Source: Octopus vulgaris (taxonomy: Eukaryota). From it: DNA of 64,000 bases. Below, one piece after another: positions 25,100-39,725 of this stretch. Location of the stretch: NCBI GenBank assembly GCA_951406725.2, contig OX597818.1, positions 99,820,001 through 99,884,000 of the forward strand, given 5' to 3'. The notes below the pieces were generated by a model that did not search any database, was not told where the DNA came from, and saw only the letters and a list, made by a program, of their open reading frames with translations. Both the position numbers and the translations under genes were made by a program. Position 1 is the stretch's first letter; the number at the start of each line of letters is the position of its first letter.

Positions 25100-26220
25100 G
25101 AAGTGAATGAGATAGTTGTACGAACTCACAAGCGGCTCAGATTCAGGAAATGTCAGCATCAATGGAGATGTAGATAGGCTAACCTTCCCACGAATGGATG
25201 GTGGTAGCGGTCTCAGATCTGTATTCATGTTATATGAAGCACTACGGTGACACTGAAACAACATCTGCCACCAAAGAAAGAGACCAGTACCCATCTTACC
25301 CAAGATTCCGACCTGGAAATCAATGATATAATTAGTATAGCTAATGAACTTAAGAAGCGGTATGAAATAAGAGCTGATACAGATCTTTCGCAAAATCTGT
25401 TTATCAGAAGAATAAATTACAAATGATATGGACCAGTTCACTGAGAAAATAGCACATGGGTATTTAGCACGAAAACGCGAACCATAGCCGGGATTGAACT
25501 TGTCAAGAGTTTTGGTATAGAGTACCGACAAGTTTATAACATCTCTGTTCAAAGGTTACTTTCATGCAATAAAAGCATAGGATGTGAAATACCAAGACTA
25601 ATGCCGTCAGACACATTATTGCCAACTGTGAGAGAGTGCCATCCAGATATTATCTTTCCATGAGGCATGATGTCGTGGCCAGAGCGATTTAGAATAGAAT
25701 AACAAAGAAGAAATCGCCTACGAAGTTGGGCATAATGAGACCGTGGGACACAAGGATATTGGAGGTTAAACCACATCTGGCCAGGTATTGTTGTGTGAGA
25801 CTAAAAGGTCTCACAAAACAATATTCTGTGTGAGATTTGTCCTGTAGTGGAAATCAATCGCCCTCTGGATTCCAGTGTGGTTTGAAAAACTACAAGAGAA
25901 AGAGGACATCTATGGATCATTAATGAGTTTGGAAATCGAGTATCGAAGATATCCTTTGGGCATCATATTATTTATTAGTGGAGTAACAAAATACAAACTA
26001 ATACATGGAACAAAGAATGCCTGATCATAGGGATCTTGGGGAGAGGACGCAAATCTCCAATTCATACACAGCGAATGATCTCAATGTTGGAAACGATCAG
26101 AATCTGAGAGACCTTCTTGAAAATTAAAGGCTGATGGACAGAGTAAGATGGTTTCCTTTACAATCTTGCTAGCAAGTAGCTGAGCGGTCAAAATTTACTC
26201 TAAAATAAAAATAAAAAGAG
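25100..26220 (+). pseudogene. R4/Dong-like RLE-type non-LTR retrotransposon, decayed 3' ORF
   Basis: Fragments DVDRLTFPRMDGGSGL (RLYxPRxxGGRGL), YLSMRHDVVARAI (RHD), HIWPGIVV*D (RPDIVVWD), VVEINRPLDSS..QEKEDIYG; many stops and frameshifts. Confidence 0.8.
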
Positions 26221-26289
26221 AATATACACACATACATAAATACACACACATACATACCTATATACTTACACACATATTCATACATACAC

Positions 26290-26426
<137 letters not shown>

Positions 26427-26578
26427 TGGACTCAGTCCAACTAAAACTCATATGCCACGGGCGTTATTAAAAGTTGCAAGAGAGAAGACCAACATAAAAT
26501 ATATTATTAATCCTTATTAACGTATTTGGTGCCCATTTTTCCATATTTATGTATACATACATACATACATACACACAC

Positions 26579-26632
<54 letters not shown>

Positions 26633-26656
26633 CTATATGTATATATGTATTCATAT

Positions 26657-26707
<51 letters not shown>

Positions 26708-27111
26708 TAAATAGATAGCTAGATAAATATATATACATATCTAGATAGATAGATAGATAAATAGACACACGCACACTCACACACGCGCTCACGCGCACAC
26801 TTGTAAACAGAGTAGAGGACTTACGGTTCACAGAAAACAGTTCTACAGCATGATAGATCTAATTTTGAACTATAAAGTGTCTCCTTCTGAATGTTTTTGA
26901 TTCAAACGCTCTTTCAAACACAACATCACCATACTTGTAATTCTCTGTAGTTTCTACAAACAGTGTTTAGTTAACTAGTTTCGATCTTAAATATTCAATA
27001 TTTCCATATTTTTCGAGTAATGTTAATATTGGTCATTTGAATAAAGTTATTTCGAGACATCTGGCCTCATGAAAAATTATGTACTAAATTTATGAGGCGT
27101 ATACAGATCAT

Positions 27112-27162
<51 letters not shown>

Positions 27163-27165
<3 letters not shown>

Positions 27166-27250
27166 TGGGTTGTCCAGAAAGTTCGTGCCGAGTTTTGAAG
27201 GAAAGAAAAAGGTCAATAAATACTTGCCATTACATTTTTAATCAACCAAA
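27163..27250 (+). mobile_element. Mariner terminal inverted-repeat fragment
   Basis: TA-ttgggttgtccagaaagttcgtgccg resembles mariner TIRs; adjacent to (TA)n. Confidence 0.5.
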
Positions 27251-28349
27251 TGTATGTACGTATGTACGTATGTGTGTATGTATGTATGTATGTATGTATG
27301 TATGTATGTATGTATGTATGTATGTGTGTGTGTGTTTACAAGAGTAAGTCAAGAAACGAATAAAAGCAACTCTACACGTTTTGTTGTATTCATTGAGTAA
27401 TAATTTGAGTTCCTAATGCTATCTTCAGTTTCGCATGTGTATATACACACACATATATACATACATATATATAGGCATACATATACAAATATGCAAACAT
27501 ATATATAAGTATATATATATATATGCATATATATATATATATATACGCATGTATATATATTTATGTTTTGTTGTTTGAGTATGTTTATTCGTATATATAA
27601 TCAGTTAAGGAGTTTGTATTCTGTATAGACCTTTGGCCACAAGCTAATTTAAACATAACATCTTTAGCAGGAGAACACTTGCTGAAAATATATAATAGCT
27701 GTTCACATTTTAGGACGGTATAATTAGAAACGAAATTAGTTAAGAAAAATAACTTCACCGCTTATTGATGGCATATTTTTATTAAATTTATGTAACTTCG
27801 AGGGTAATTACAATTAATTAAAAATATTTTTTGTATGTCATCGAGTACCTCATTCTTCAATTTAATTATCTAATTTTTTTTTTGCTTTTGGCGCATATGG
27901 GCTCTATCTCTTTGCTTATTTAATATTTAAGTGAGTTATTCTGCTCAAAATTATATTTCATTCAACGACAACTGTAACGGTCGCTTAGGTTAAGCGACCA
28001 TACTGGTAAGATAAAATACGCTGAAACTTATCCGTAGTTTTGCCCTCCCTATGAATCAGACTGGATTACACTTCTCATTGTGCCAATTAAATTTGAGAGG
28101 TAACTTCTTAATTACTTGAAGTTATATTGCCCTTGTCTTCCAATAGTGTATATTTGGATAATTAATTTGAGGAGTGATGTACTCGACTTTTAAGCTTCGA
28201 AAGAAAATTGAGAAAAGTGGCTAACGTCAATAAGTAGCTGTGTTGTTCCCTTTGGGTCATTTTGTTATTTGTTTTGCAGACTCTAAAAGTCGTTCATTGA
28301 TTTGATATTCTAGGGAAATATCCCATGGCCAGAACTCGTTCAGAACAGT

Positions 28350-29110
28350 AATTGCTCGTAAACTGTGGCTATACTGGTGCACCACCATTGGTATTGCTAC
28401 ACTTTATTGAATCTCCTTCTATAATTGGCATTTGGTGAATAAATGAAGTTCGAATTCACTGCAATCACTTATTTCTTGATACGGAGTAATTTCATACAGA
28501 ACTATTGACAGGAGAAGGTGCAGTTGCTTTTTGAAGGCATCTACATCCCCACTAAGGTTTTCTCTAAGATATTGAATAACCATGGGTCATTGAAACGTAA
28601 GCTATTGAAGTATCCGGTCCTAAATCCCAATGGTTCGGATAATATCTTTGGAACTTTGCAGTGGCACTGTGTCCAGGGTATAGCATAGATTTCAATGACA
28701 ACGTCTAGTGCAAATCCTGCCAGGAACTTCAGTCGCACGTGTCACTTCGCTCTAGGGTTTCCACTCTTTTTATCCCTTCCGAGCAGGTAAAGAACTGTCG
28801 TGAAGCAATCTTCTTTGTATAGTAGCGTTGAATTCCTTAAGTTCCGCCATGATTTTTATGCAATATGGTCACCGTAACTAGCAATAATAATGCAGAAGGC
28901 TGAGTAGAAATGACCCCACCGAGAACCATGATATTTTCCTAAACATAAGTTCTAAAGTTTCTTACAATATCACCCGGCTGGTCATCTATGTTGATGCCTT
29001 ATCAGTATGCATCTGAAATGATGTCTCATTACTCATACTAATTCTCAGGTCACGTAATGATTATGATTCTCGAACTCCAATCCTTTCTGCTGCCAAGTTT
29101 GCACAGTATC
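28350..29110 (-). pseudogene. CR1/L2-type LINE ORF2 C-terminal remnant and 3' tail
   Basis: Minus-strand fragments LRDLRISMSNETSFQMH (VRDLG..S...F..H), CHCKVPKI...YFNSLRFNDPWLFNIL (NSL...GP.LFN.LP); tail ggtggtgcaccagtatagccacagt. Confidence 0.8.
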
Positions 29111-30826
29111 TAACTTTGTAGCCTGATAACAGGGGATTTGGAATTTCCAGTATTACATTGCATGTTAGTCTTCTGCCATTTTGTAAATCGTTTAGCAGAC
29201 TTATTTCCACACGCGTTCGCGCGCACACACACATACATACATCAGTATCTATGCATGTATTTAATATATGTTTGTGTGTGTACGTGTGTATGCATAGACA
29301 TAAGTATATATATGCAATAAATGACCTGTAAGATAAGTATATTGGAGTCAATCTAGTAATGAATACAAAAGTAGTAAGGCATACGATTATATTTACTAAC
29401 GCACTAACAGGAACACGCTCATACACAGACACGCAGACCTGCATACATGCATACATATATAGATACACACATATATACGGATACAGCTAAATATATGCAA
29501 ACACATATACACATGAAAATGTAGCAAATAATTGGGCTTAATTTCGTTGGAGATTTCTCCAATTAATTAAGCATTGAATAACGTAAGCCATTCTAGAAAC
29601 AGAGACGTTAGGCCTAAGTGCGCAACATACAGAAGCTTAGTAGCCGTCGATTCTCTGCATCCATTTTAATGTCGGCCATTGTTGTCGACATTGTTTTGTC
29701 TGCGGAGGCTGCTACATGGAGATAACAATGTCAGATTCCCCGGGGAAATAGGCTAATGTTTCTAGAGTAAGGAAATACGTAAAAACAGTGAAAAGAGATT
29801 GGCAATGAGAAATGTTATTTACTATCAATATATGTTCTATCTCTATGAATCTATTCACTTCCTTTTCCTCATTCCCCTGGCTTCAGTGGCTCCTAGGCAT
29901 GCAACGTTTTTCTAGTTTCTTTATAATGACATGATGCGTTGATAGAAATGTTTGTTTGGATAAATTCCTATTCTATCATGAGTTAAAGTTCTCATCTGAT
30001 AAATTTATTCTTCAATTCCATTATATTAGTACTTAATTTTTGGCTTTGATATTTCTAATAAATCTACATAGTTATTAACCTTGTGTTTATTCATGATATA
30101 TCGCAGTGTGTCTCATTATGAACGAACTCTGACTTGTGTGTCTATTTTATACGACTTTCTGACTCCAGGATAACGAAATAGATATTTGCGGGAAATTTAA
30201 AGCGCCTACAAAATGTTATCTACAAAATTAGATATCTTTCTGCATGGAGAGGTTGTTATACTAACTCAGTTATTACATTTACATATCAAACTCCAACATA
30301 TACTTTTACAGAAGTAAAAATCTGCAACAGAATTTTGATTTCATGCGGAAACCACGTTTTCATTCACGTCGTTCACGCATCTGATAAAAGAATGTAATAC
30401 CCTAATCAAATAAAGTTGGAGTGTAGTGCTTAAATAAGAAGGAAAAGAATGATTATTCCTTTACTAGGTGCATTCCCCTGTGATTACCATCCGCAATAGA
30501 ATATCCTTCGGTGTTATTTTTCCTTTTCTCTAATGTCAATAATTCAAACGGTTAATGCATGAACATCGTAACGTTTGATTTTTCATAATATGAATTTAAT
30601 TTCTCATACATTAATGGAAAAAAATATAGCAGTTAAACACACACAAGCTTGTTGTGGACATGTATGTGATGACTTGTATTTTAACTACGACTGGAAAACG
30701 TTGGGCGCCTCTAAGACGCATGATACACACACACATACACTCACTCACACAAACGCACACATACACTTCCACACACAATTATCATATATATAACAACTTT
30801 TCAATCTATATTGATAGCTATAGCAT

Positions 30827-30865
<39 letters not shown>

Positions 30866-31331
30866 TCAGAGAGATACATATATAGACAAAGAGAGAGAGA
30901 AAGAGAGAGAGGGAAGAAGCGAGAGGAATGAGAGAGAGAAAGTAATGAGAGAGAGAGAGAGAGAGAGAGGAGAAAGTGATTAGGAGACAGACAGCCACTC
31001 ATACCAACAATAGGTGTACGCAGTTATTGTTAGAAATATTTTTAAATATTTAATTAAAATGCTAAAACCAAGTGTTTAAGTGTTTGCAGATGAATGGGAA
31101 AAAAAGAAATAAAAAAAGTCATTATTAACATAGTAACAAGAAAAGAAAGCTGAACAAAAATAATGATTGAATTTAAGAGAAAAATAAATCAAAGGCAAAA
31201 TCAGCTTCTTAAGAGCAACTATCGCTGTTTTCCTCATTTCTATTTGATATTAAATTAAATTAAAATAAATTTCAGATCAGTAGGATTTGCTTGAATTGCT
31301 AAATGCAAGAAATCCAGTGTGTTGGAATATT

Positions 31332-31980
31332 CTTTTCTACTCTAGGCACAAGGCCCGAAATTTTGGGGGAGGAAGGGCAGCCGATTAGATCGACTCCAGT
31401 GCGCAACTGGTACTTAATTTATCGACCCTGAAAGGATGAAAGGCAAAGTCGACATTGGCGGAATTTGAACTCAGAACGTAAAGAAAGACGAAATACTGCT
31501 TGGCATTTCACCCGGCGTGTTAACTTTTCTTATTTCTCTACTGCCCACAAGGGGCTACACACAGAGGGGACAATTAATGACAGACAAATGGATTAAGTCG
31601 ATTATACCGACCCTAGTGCGTAACTGGTACTTATTTAATCGACCCCGGAAGGATGAAAGGCAAAGTCGACCTTGGCGGAATTTGAACTCAGAACGTAAAG
31701 AAGGACGAAATACTGCTTAGCATTTCGCCCGGCGTGTTAACGTTTCTTATTTCTCTACTGCCCACAAGGGGCTACACACAGAGGGGACAAACAAGGACAG
31801 GCAAAAGGATTAAGTCGATTATACCGACCCCAGTGCGTAACTGGTACTTATTTAATCGACCCCGGAAGGATGAAAGGCAAAGTTGACCTCGGCGGAATTT
31901 GAACTCAGAACGTAAAGGAAGACGAAATACTGCTTAGCATTTCGCCCGGCGTGCTAACGATTCTGCCATCCCGCCGCCTT
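31332..31980 (-). mobile_element. SINE family B tandem trimer with 16-bp TSD
   Basis: Three units; agtgtgttggaatatt at 31316-31331 and 31981-31996. Confidence 0.92.
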
Positions 31981-32278
31981 AGTGTGTTGGAATATTGTTG
32001 CTTGTGTTTACAACAGAGGGGGTACAGTGAGTGGGCTGAGCAGTGCAGTCTAGCATGCTGGGTAATCAGATTACTTCCTCTTGTTCAAGGATAATTTTGT
32101 AAAGGAAATAAAATGATACATAAAATAATTAACAAAAGAAAAATACAATGACTTCTAAAATTAGCTTATAATCAACATTAAAGCGATGGAAAATAAAAAA
32201 AAACAAAAACAACGCAAAGCATTTAGCTTGACTCTGTCTTCTCAACCACCGTTAGTAACGCTAATAATGAATAAGAGT

Positions 32279-32503
32279 AAGGCTGTAAGTTGGCAGAGTC
32301 GTTAGCACGTCGGGAAAATGCTTAGCGGCATTTGTTCGTCCTTACGTTCTGAGTTCAAATTCTGCTGAGATTGGCTTTGCCTTTCATCTTTCTGTGGGAG
32401 GAGAAGGGCGTCGAAAAAATGAGTACCAGTTGATCAGTAGGGTCAATATTGTCGACTATTCCATTTCACCGAAATTGCTGGCCTCGCGCCGAAATTTGAA
32501 ATT
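32279..32503 (+). mobile_element. SINE family B monomer
   Basis: ttggcagagtcgttagcacg...ttacgttctgagttcaaattct...gaaattgctggcctcgcgccgaaatttgaa. Confidence 0.85.
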
Positions 32504-32647
32504 TGATTAATATGGATCATAATGCTAATGATAACAGAAGTATTATCCGACCCAAGGCCATAATGTATCGAAGTTGCCTTTCTAAAATGCTTCCATATAA
32601 TTCTTCACAATATCTGAGTTCAGGGTGGTCTCGTTGTTTTCTGCAAC

Positions 32648-32859
32648 ATGTGGGCGCTGAAAAGTTTTGGGCTTTAAGGGTATCACTAAAGGCCTGGTTG
32701 GAGGCCCACACTTTCGAGTTCTTTTACAAAGTTGAGTATGACTGTAGGACCATTGCAATAAGTGTATGAATCTGAGAGGGAAATATGTTGGATAAAATCA
32801 CAATTAACTTATCCTCCTGTATTTTCTTTTAAAGAAAATGAACTTTTCAGCACTGCTCG
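32648..32859 (+). mobile_element. Mariner-derived MITE (~210 bp)
   Basis: TIRs gcgctgaaaagtt / aacttttcagcac..cg-TA; interior encodes mariner C-terminus-like AWLEAHTFEFFYK...CNKCMNLRGKYV. Confidence 0.8.
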
Positions 32860-33202
32860 TATGTAGCGAAATAATATTCCAATACTTCCTGCATGTACAG
32901 CAACCTTGTTTAAGCAAAAGTTTGCATCCCCAAATCATTCAATTCGCGTGGAAACTTATCGCTTCATATATTATTTAGGACACTTAACACAAGACCCGGT
33001 TTAACAACACCGCTTAAATGACCGTTGTTAGATTCAAGTTCATTTGTTGTTGTGCCAGCTTTCGGAACAGTCTCTTATCACCCTGAGTTTCCATCAAATG
33101 TCATGGTCACTTCCATTTCCTCTGTTGATTAGCATACACATACAGACATGAATTCATACATACGCTTTCTCCCTCCCTCACACACACATGAACTTATATA
33201 CG

Positions 33203-33273
<71 letters not shown>

Positions 33274-34583
33274 CACACATATACATATATATATATATAA
33301 ATATACACACATATACATATATATGTATACATATACATATATATATATATATATATATGTATATGTATACATATATATGTATATGTGTGTATATTTATAT
33401 GTATATATATATATATATGTATATATATTGTATGTATATATATATATGTGCACATATACATATATATATATATATACACATATACATATATATGTATACA
33501 TTTACATATATATATATATATATACTGAGATATATATGTGTGCGTATGTTTGTCTCTATGCCTGTGTCTTTGTATGCGTGCACGTGTGTAAATCGAATAC
33601 TAGATAAATATTTAATCCTTACTGCCTAGTTCTTTATCCATGGAATAATTCATAATTCATATGAGTTAAATGCTTATTTCCTACTGGAGGTCTATAAGCT
33701 TTTGTTTAGGAGTAATTAATGACTATTACTCAACAAAACAAGATCACTCATTAATCATGAGTCACATGTCTTAGAAATTCAATAAAGCCTATCGTATTCA
33801 CCATGTGATTGGATTATTGATAAAAAAATAAGAATAAAAAAAGAAATGTACAAATACAAATATAATCAAAACAACCATCTCTGCAACAAAATAAATCAAC
33901 TGATAAACCATTATTATCATATTCTAATCAACCTATAGCCATTGTAACCATTACTACACAAGCGGAAGGAAAAATAAGAAGAACGAAAAAACCAAGTACA
34001 ACAGAAGCTACAAAGAATTAAAGTTAACGGATTCAAAGAACTTTAAAGAATCATATTGTGTCATTTTGTATTCGATGCATAAATATGGAAAAAGGTTTGC
34101 GCATATTGACAAATATCAACGCATCAAACAAACATTGTTGCATAATGATTAGGCATCTTTGTGAAATATAGACGGATTAAATAAATGATTTGTCATTGAA
34201 ACCTGATTTGCATGCGTTTGCTGAGATATTAAGCATAAATTTTGCAACTACATAAACTCGATACAAGATTTGGTAAAGACGCTCAATCACGAGCCTTTAG
34301 CACACTCCTACTGATGTTCTCGCTTCCTCCCACTTTCTCTGTTACTTTCACTTTCTCTCTCTATCTCTATCTCTCGATCTCTCTTTGTGTCCTCTTTTAT
34401 CTCATGTACACAAGCAGACATTTTCATATTTACATGTATCTTTCTTACGTATACATATGGGCACACGCGCGCGCACACACACACACGCACGCATACACAC
34501 ACACGCACGCATAGGTATATATATATATATATGTATGTATGTATATATGTATATATATGTATATATCTATGTAAATATATATG

Positions 34584-34630
<47 letters not shown>

Positions 34631-35297
34631 ATATTCGTGCGATTTACTTTAATATCTAGTAATGTACACACAGAGCCACATTCATGTAATATATACATTC
34701 ATACAAATATATACAGATATACATGAATATATATATATATGAGTGTGCGTGTGTGTGTGTTTGCTTATATGTGTAAATATTTATTGCAGAACACATCTAC
34801 GTATAAGCGTGTACATACGCGAACATCGCACGTACACATGCGCACTCACACACTCATACACACACACAAACACAAACACACTCGCATACTACACTTGCAA
34901 GCTAGATCGATATGAAGATAGGCAGAATTTGGGAATAAGTTCAAAATGTCACCTTCTTTCGGATTTCTCTGTCATAGAAGTTAGGTAATCTCAGAGATCA
35001 GCGAACAAAGTTATAGATCAGATCAAGTATTAGTAAAGATTTAGAGGTCGAAAGGGACTAACAGATAAGGATGAGTTGCTTACTGTACCAGAAAGAAGGA
35101 TTAATCACAACTTGATAAGCCCTGACCTCAGTCAAAATTTACATAACCAAACCTAGCCTGGACCTACACTTAAAGTAACATGTACACATACATACACACA
35201 CATGCACATATATTCATTTAATATAAATAAATTAGATGTATGTGAGTGTATGTATATATAAATAAATATATATATATATTTATATATACATTATGCA

Positions 35298-35380
<83 letters not shown>

Positions 35381-35959
35381 ATATATATATATGTATGTAT
35401 ATATATAATGTATATACGTATACATATATACATAAACATATATATATATATGTATATATATACATATATATATATATATTCATTGATATACATGTAAACA
35501 TGCAAATACGTACGCGCACGCACGCACACTTACGTGCAAGGCGAATAGATCGATTGGTCTTGTTACACTGATTTAACTCCCCTCAGTACAAATGCCATCG
35601 CGACTAACTTTGCTTTTCATCCTTTGTGGATCGATAAATAAAGTACCAATTATTTTCAGCCGTATATCATTCGCTTATCTCTTACTACTCATTCTTTCAG
35701 TTTGACTCTCTTTCTTCTTCAAAAAAACTGCTTTATGGTCAAAACGAAAAGAAACGGGGAAATCCGTCTGCTCCAAATGCCTATGTCACGCTGTGTATCA
35801 CCGAGGCGCATCTACAACTCCTTCAACGAGTTAAGAGTTATTGTTATTTAATGTGCATACTTCTGCGTGGGCATGTGTGTTTGATGTCGGTCAGTGTGCT
35901 TGTACGTTTGTTAATATGTTATATTTCGTAGTAAAATACATACGCTATTGGAGAATAGT

Positions 35960-35994
<35 letters not shown>

Positions 35995-36689
35995 CACTAT
36001 CTGCACACAAACATATATATATATATACAGATACATATATCACTATATGCATGTATGTATGCATATATGCATACATACACACACATACATGCTTGTATAC
36101 ATTCATACATACATACCTATACATATATATATACATAGATGCATATATATAAATATATACACACATGTCTATATATACTTATATATATATTCATATATAT
36201 ACATATATATGTATATATATGAATATATTTACATGTATATATATATATATGTATATATATGTATGTATATATATATATATATACATGTATATATATATTT
36301 GTATGTGTGTATAAATGTATGCATGTATAAGCACCTGATCTTAATATTTTAGTCTGTTAAGTGTTCACTGCCAAAAACACCTTTGACACCGCCTTCTTAT
36401 ATATATTTTATATATATATTTATTCAGGTATACATAAATGATATGCCGGCGTAGTGTATGTGAACATGCACACAATCATGTGCACACACACACACAAACA
36501 GACACTTCCGAAACGCAAGACACTGATGTAGATAGACATATAAATACGTCTTACATTTTAGATGCCAATTGTAGATATATACGGATACATCGCTCCCAAA
36601 TAAGTGAGTGTAACACAAAACCTTAGAAATAGTTGGTGATAAATTCAATTAATATACTGAAAGCAGCGGATGGAATGTAGGAAGCTTAC

Positions 36690-36814
36690 CGGAACAGTGA
36701 ATTTTAATTAATAAACTAGCAGTATTCCACTCCATCATATAAGATCTCACTTCACTAACGATTCGGCATGGTTTGCTGCACCGTACCGTCTGACTACCTG
36801 CTGACTAACTGACT
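36690..36814 (-). other. Candidate first exon (125 nt) containing uORF MPNR* and ATG frame MMEWNTASLLIKIHCS, phase 1
   Basis: Begins at Inr TCAGTC (A at 36814), ends at donor CCG|GTAAGC; ATGs at 36738 and 36735 (atgATGG). Confidence 0.5.
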
Positions 36815-36846
36815 GATCGCATATGGTTTTGAACGGCAGTTATATA
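36805..36846 (-). promoter_or_regulatory. Pol II core promoter: TATA box plus Initiator
   Basis: Minus strand TATATAA (36846-36840) lies 32 nt upstream of the A in TCAGTC, followed by TCAGTT/TTAGTC Inr-like repeats; canonical spacing. Confidence 0.55.
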
Positions 36847-36871
36847 GTGAAAAATAGTGATTGAGTAGATG

Positions 36872-37285
<414 letters not shown>

Positions 37286-37388
37286 TATACAACAAACACA
37301 TATACAGAAGTATTTGTATACTTATTCATACATAAACTTGGGAACACAGACAGGCATATAAATAATTATATATAATAAATAATCATAT

Positions 37389-37448
<60 letters not shown>

Positions 37449-39062
37449 TGGCGGGCGTGCAGATAGGCATGTGGAGAGTGCGGAAGCTTAAATGCCAATG
37501 CATTTAATGTATTTGCAAATCCAGCTTAAAGCATGCTTTTCATGTTGAATGGAACAACTTCTGAGTCTTTGAAAGAAAGCACAAATTTAGATGTCTTAAA
37601 CCAATTACCCATTGGCAATTAGATCCAAACTAGGTGCTTTAAATTTAACGACGCAGTTCTCGGAGTAGTATGCATATAGAAATCCGACGAGAGGTCCTTT
37701 ACAAAGTCGCTAAACTAACTTGAATATCAACCAACATCTGATATTAGACAATGCCATCTACAATGTCGTAAGTTCTACATCTTCATCAAATCTATTTTTA
37801 AAAAATTCCAAAGGTGGTACTAGGATATTCTTGAGTGATTTTATAAGAAAAAGGGAATATTAACCAATCAGGGAGCTTTTCTGATCTTAATGTAATTTTT
37901 ATAGAATATGATATTCCTTTCAGTGGATTTTTTTTTTTGATGTAGGTAATTGCGTCGTTTCCATTATTTTTTTCTGGCCAAACATAGCCTCTCTGTATTT
38001 TGAATCGATTGAGAGTGAAAAACAATGGATTTATGTTGCTTAATCCATTCTAATTCTGCGGCGTTTTGATACGGGATTGTATTACTTGATATATCTCCTG
38101 AATAAAACAGAAAATATTTCGGATTATTTCCAATCGTGTATATCACGAGTTCTTTCAAAGGTTGCTCTTCGCGAATTAAAAAAAGCGATTTTGTGAATTA
38201 TTTCTGGAAAGTTTCGTTTGATATGAAAAAGTTCCACGAACATAGGCAGAATAACATTTTCACTCGTCTTTTTCGTACAATAGTCCATTCTTTTTCAATG
38301 AATGATTGTAGGTGAATGAACTCTTTGCGTTTTGTTTCTGGTCAGCAATGTGAATAACATCTGGTCTATGTGAATAACATTTCTATTTCATATCGGATGA
38401 GAGATAAGACTCATGGATATGTTGTGTATAATCCATCTTCATTCCGTGACAGTTTAGAATGAGATTTCATTACAAGAAATATGTGTCACGTGAATAAAAC
38501 CAGAAGACTTTCGAGTTATAAATAATTGTTTATGCAACGAATTCTTTTAGAGATTGCTCTCATTGACGGAGTCTTCGTTGTTTTTCTTTATCATATATCT
38601 CGGTAAGATTCCTCTTCATGTGAACTAATGTAAGAAGGGTTAATTGATTTGTCTGTTCAGTCTCTTGCTTCTTCTTTACGTATAGATTCCATTATACTTG
38701 GAATCGATGAACTTCATCCAGATAGGTTCATGCTAAGAAAGAATACGAACGACTTGGATGCGAAATGTCCAATGTTGACAGAACGTCTCACTAGATTAAA
38801 GAACATAAATCTTAGGGCTGCAGTGAATACATTATCAATGTCTACTTTTGTTGGCATCAGCCATTATAATTTAAGGTGAATGACATGGTCTCTGTTATGT
38901 ATGTTTTTCTTTTTTAAAAACGCTTTAAATTATATTTACTTTATACATTTGCATCTAAAATATCATCCAATAGCTAACGTCTGCCTTCGGCTCGTACATT
39001 TCGTTAGAGAAAATATATGTGTGTCTATGTGTCTGTATACACATGTTCGCATATATGCATGG

Positions 39063-39230
39063 TTAAAGGAAGCACTGTGCAATTAAGAATTTCATTTTTC
39101 AGTTACGTGGATACGAGTTCGAAGCCACTGAGCGCTAATTTAAGCAATTGTTTCCTACAATAGAATGAAGTTAACTAATGGTTTATAAGTGAAATTTGAT
39201 AAACGGAAACTGCATAGAAGCTTGTCGCAT
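39063..39230 (+). mobile_element. SINE family A head, highly degenerate
   Basis: gagttcgaagccactg...taagcaattgtttcctacaatag...gataaacggaaactgcatagaagcttgtcg. Confidence 0.6.
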
Positions 39231-39619
39231 ATACGCATATACATACACACAAATACATTCCTACATAGAGGTATGCACACATACACACACAAGAACCCAA
39301 ACATATACGTATGTTTATATGTACAAGAGCGTCAAAATCAATAAAGACATGATTTCTGGACCCAGTACCTACGATGATGTTAGTCCTGGATCAGGCAATA
39401 GGTTCATACTCTTATAGAAATCATTGTCGAAATGAAAAATCAACCAAGTTGATCCACTGCAAAAGTTTATAATCAATGACGCTATAATTCAGATATGGCG
39501 TTATAAAATGAATCACAATAAAATGCACGTATCTCTTCTTGTAGCCATCTCTATATCTTGAAGTTTTATTACCACACCATTTATTTATCTATCCAGCCAC
39601 ACAGACACACAGACACACA

Positions 39620-39725
<106 letters not shown>

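Noticed and set aside
37780-38880. Possible decayed Gypsy pol on the minus strand (DNVFTAALR; NTIPYQNAA)
   Set aside because: Only faint motif resemblance amid many stops; cannot be supported without a profile search.
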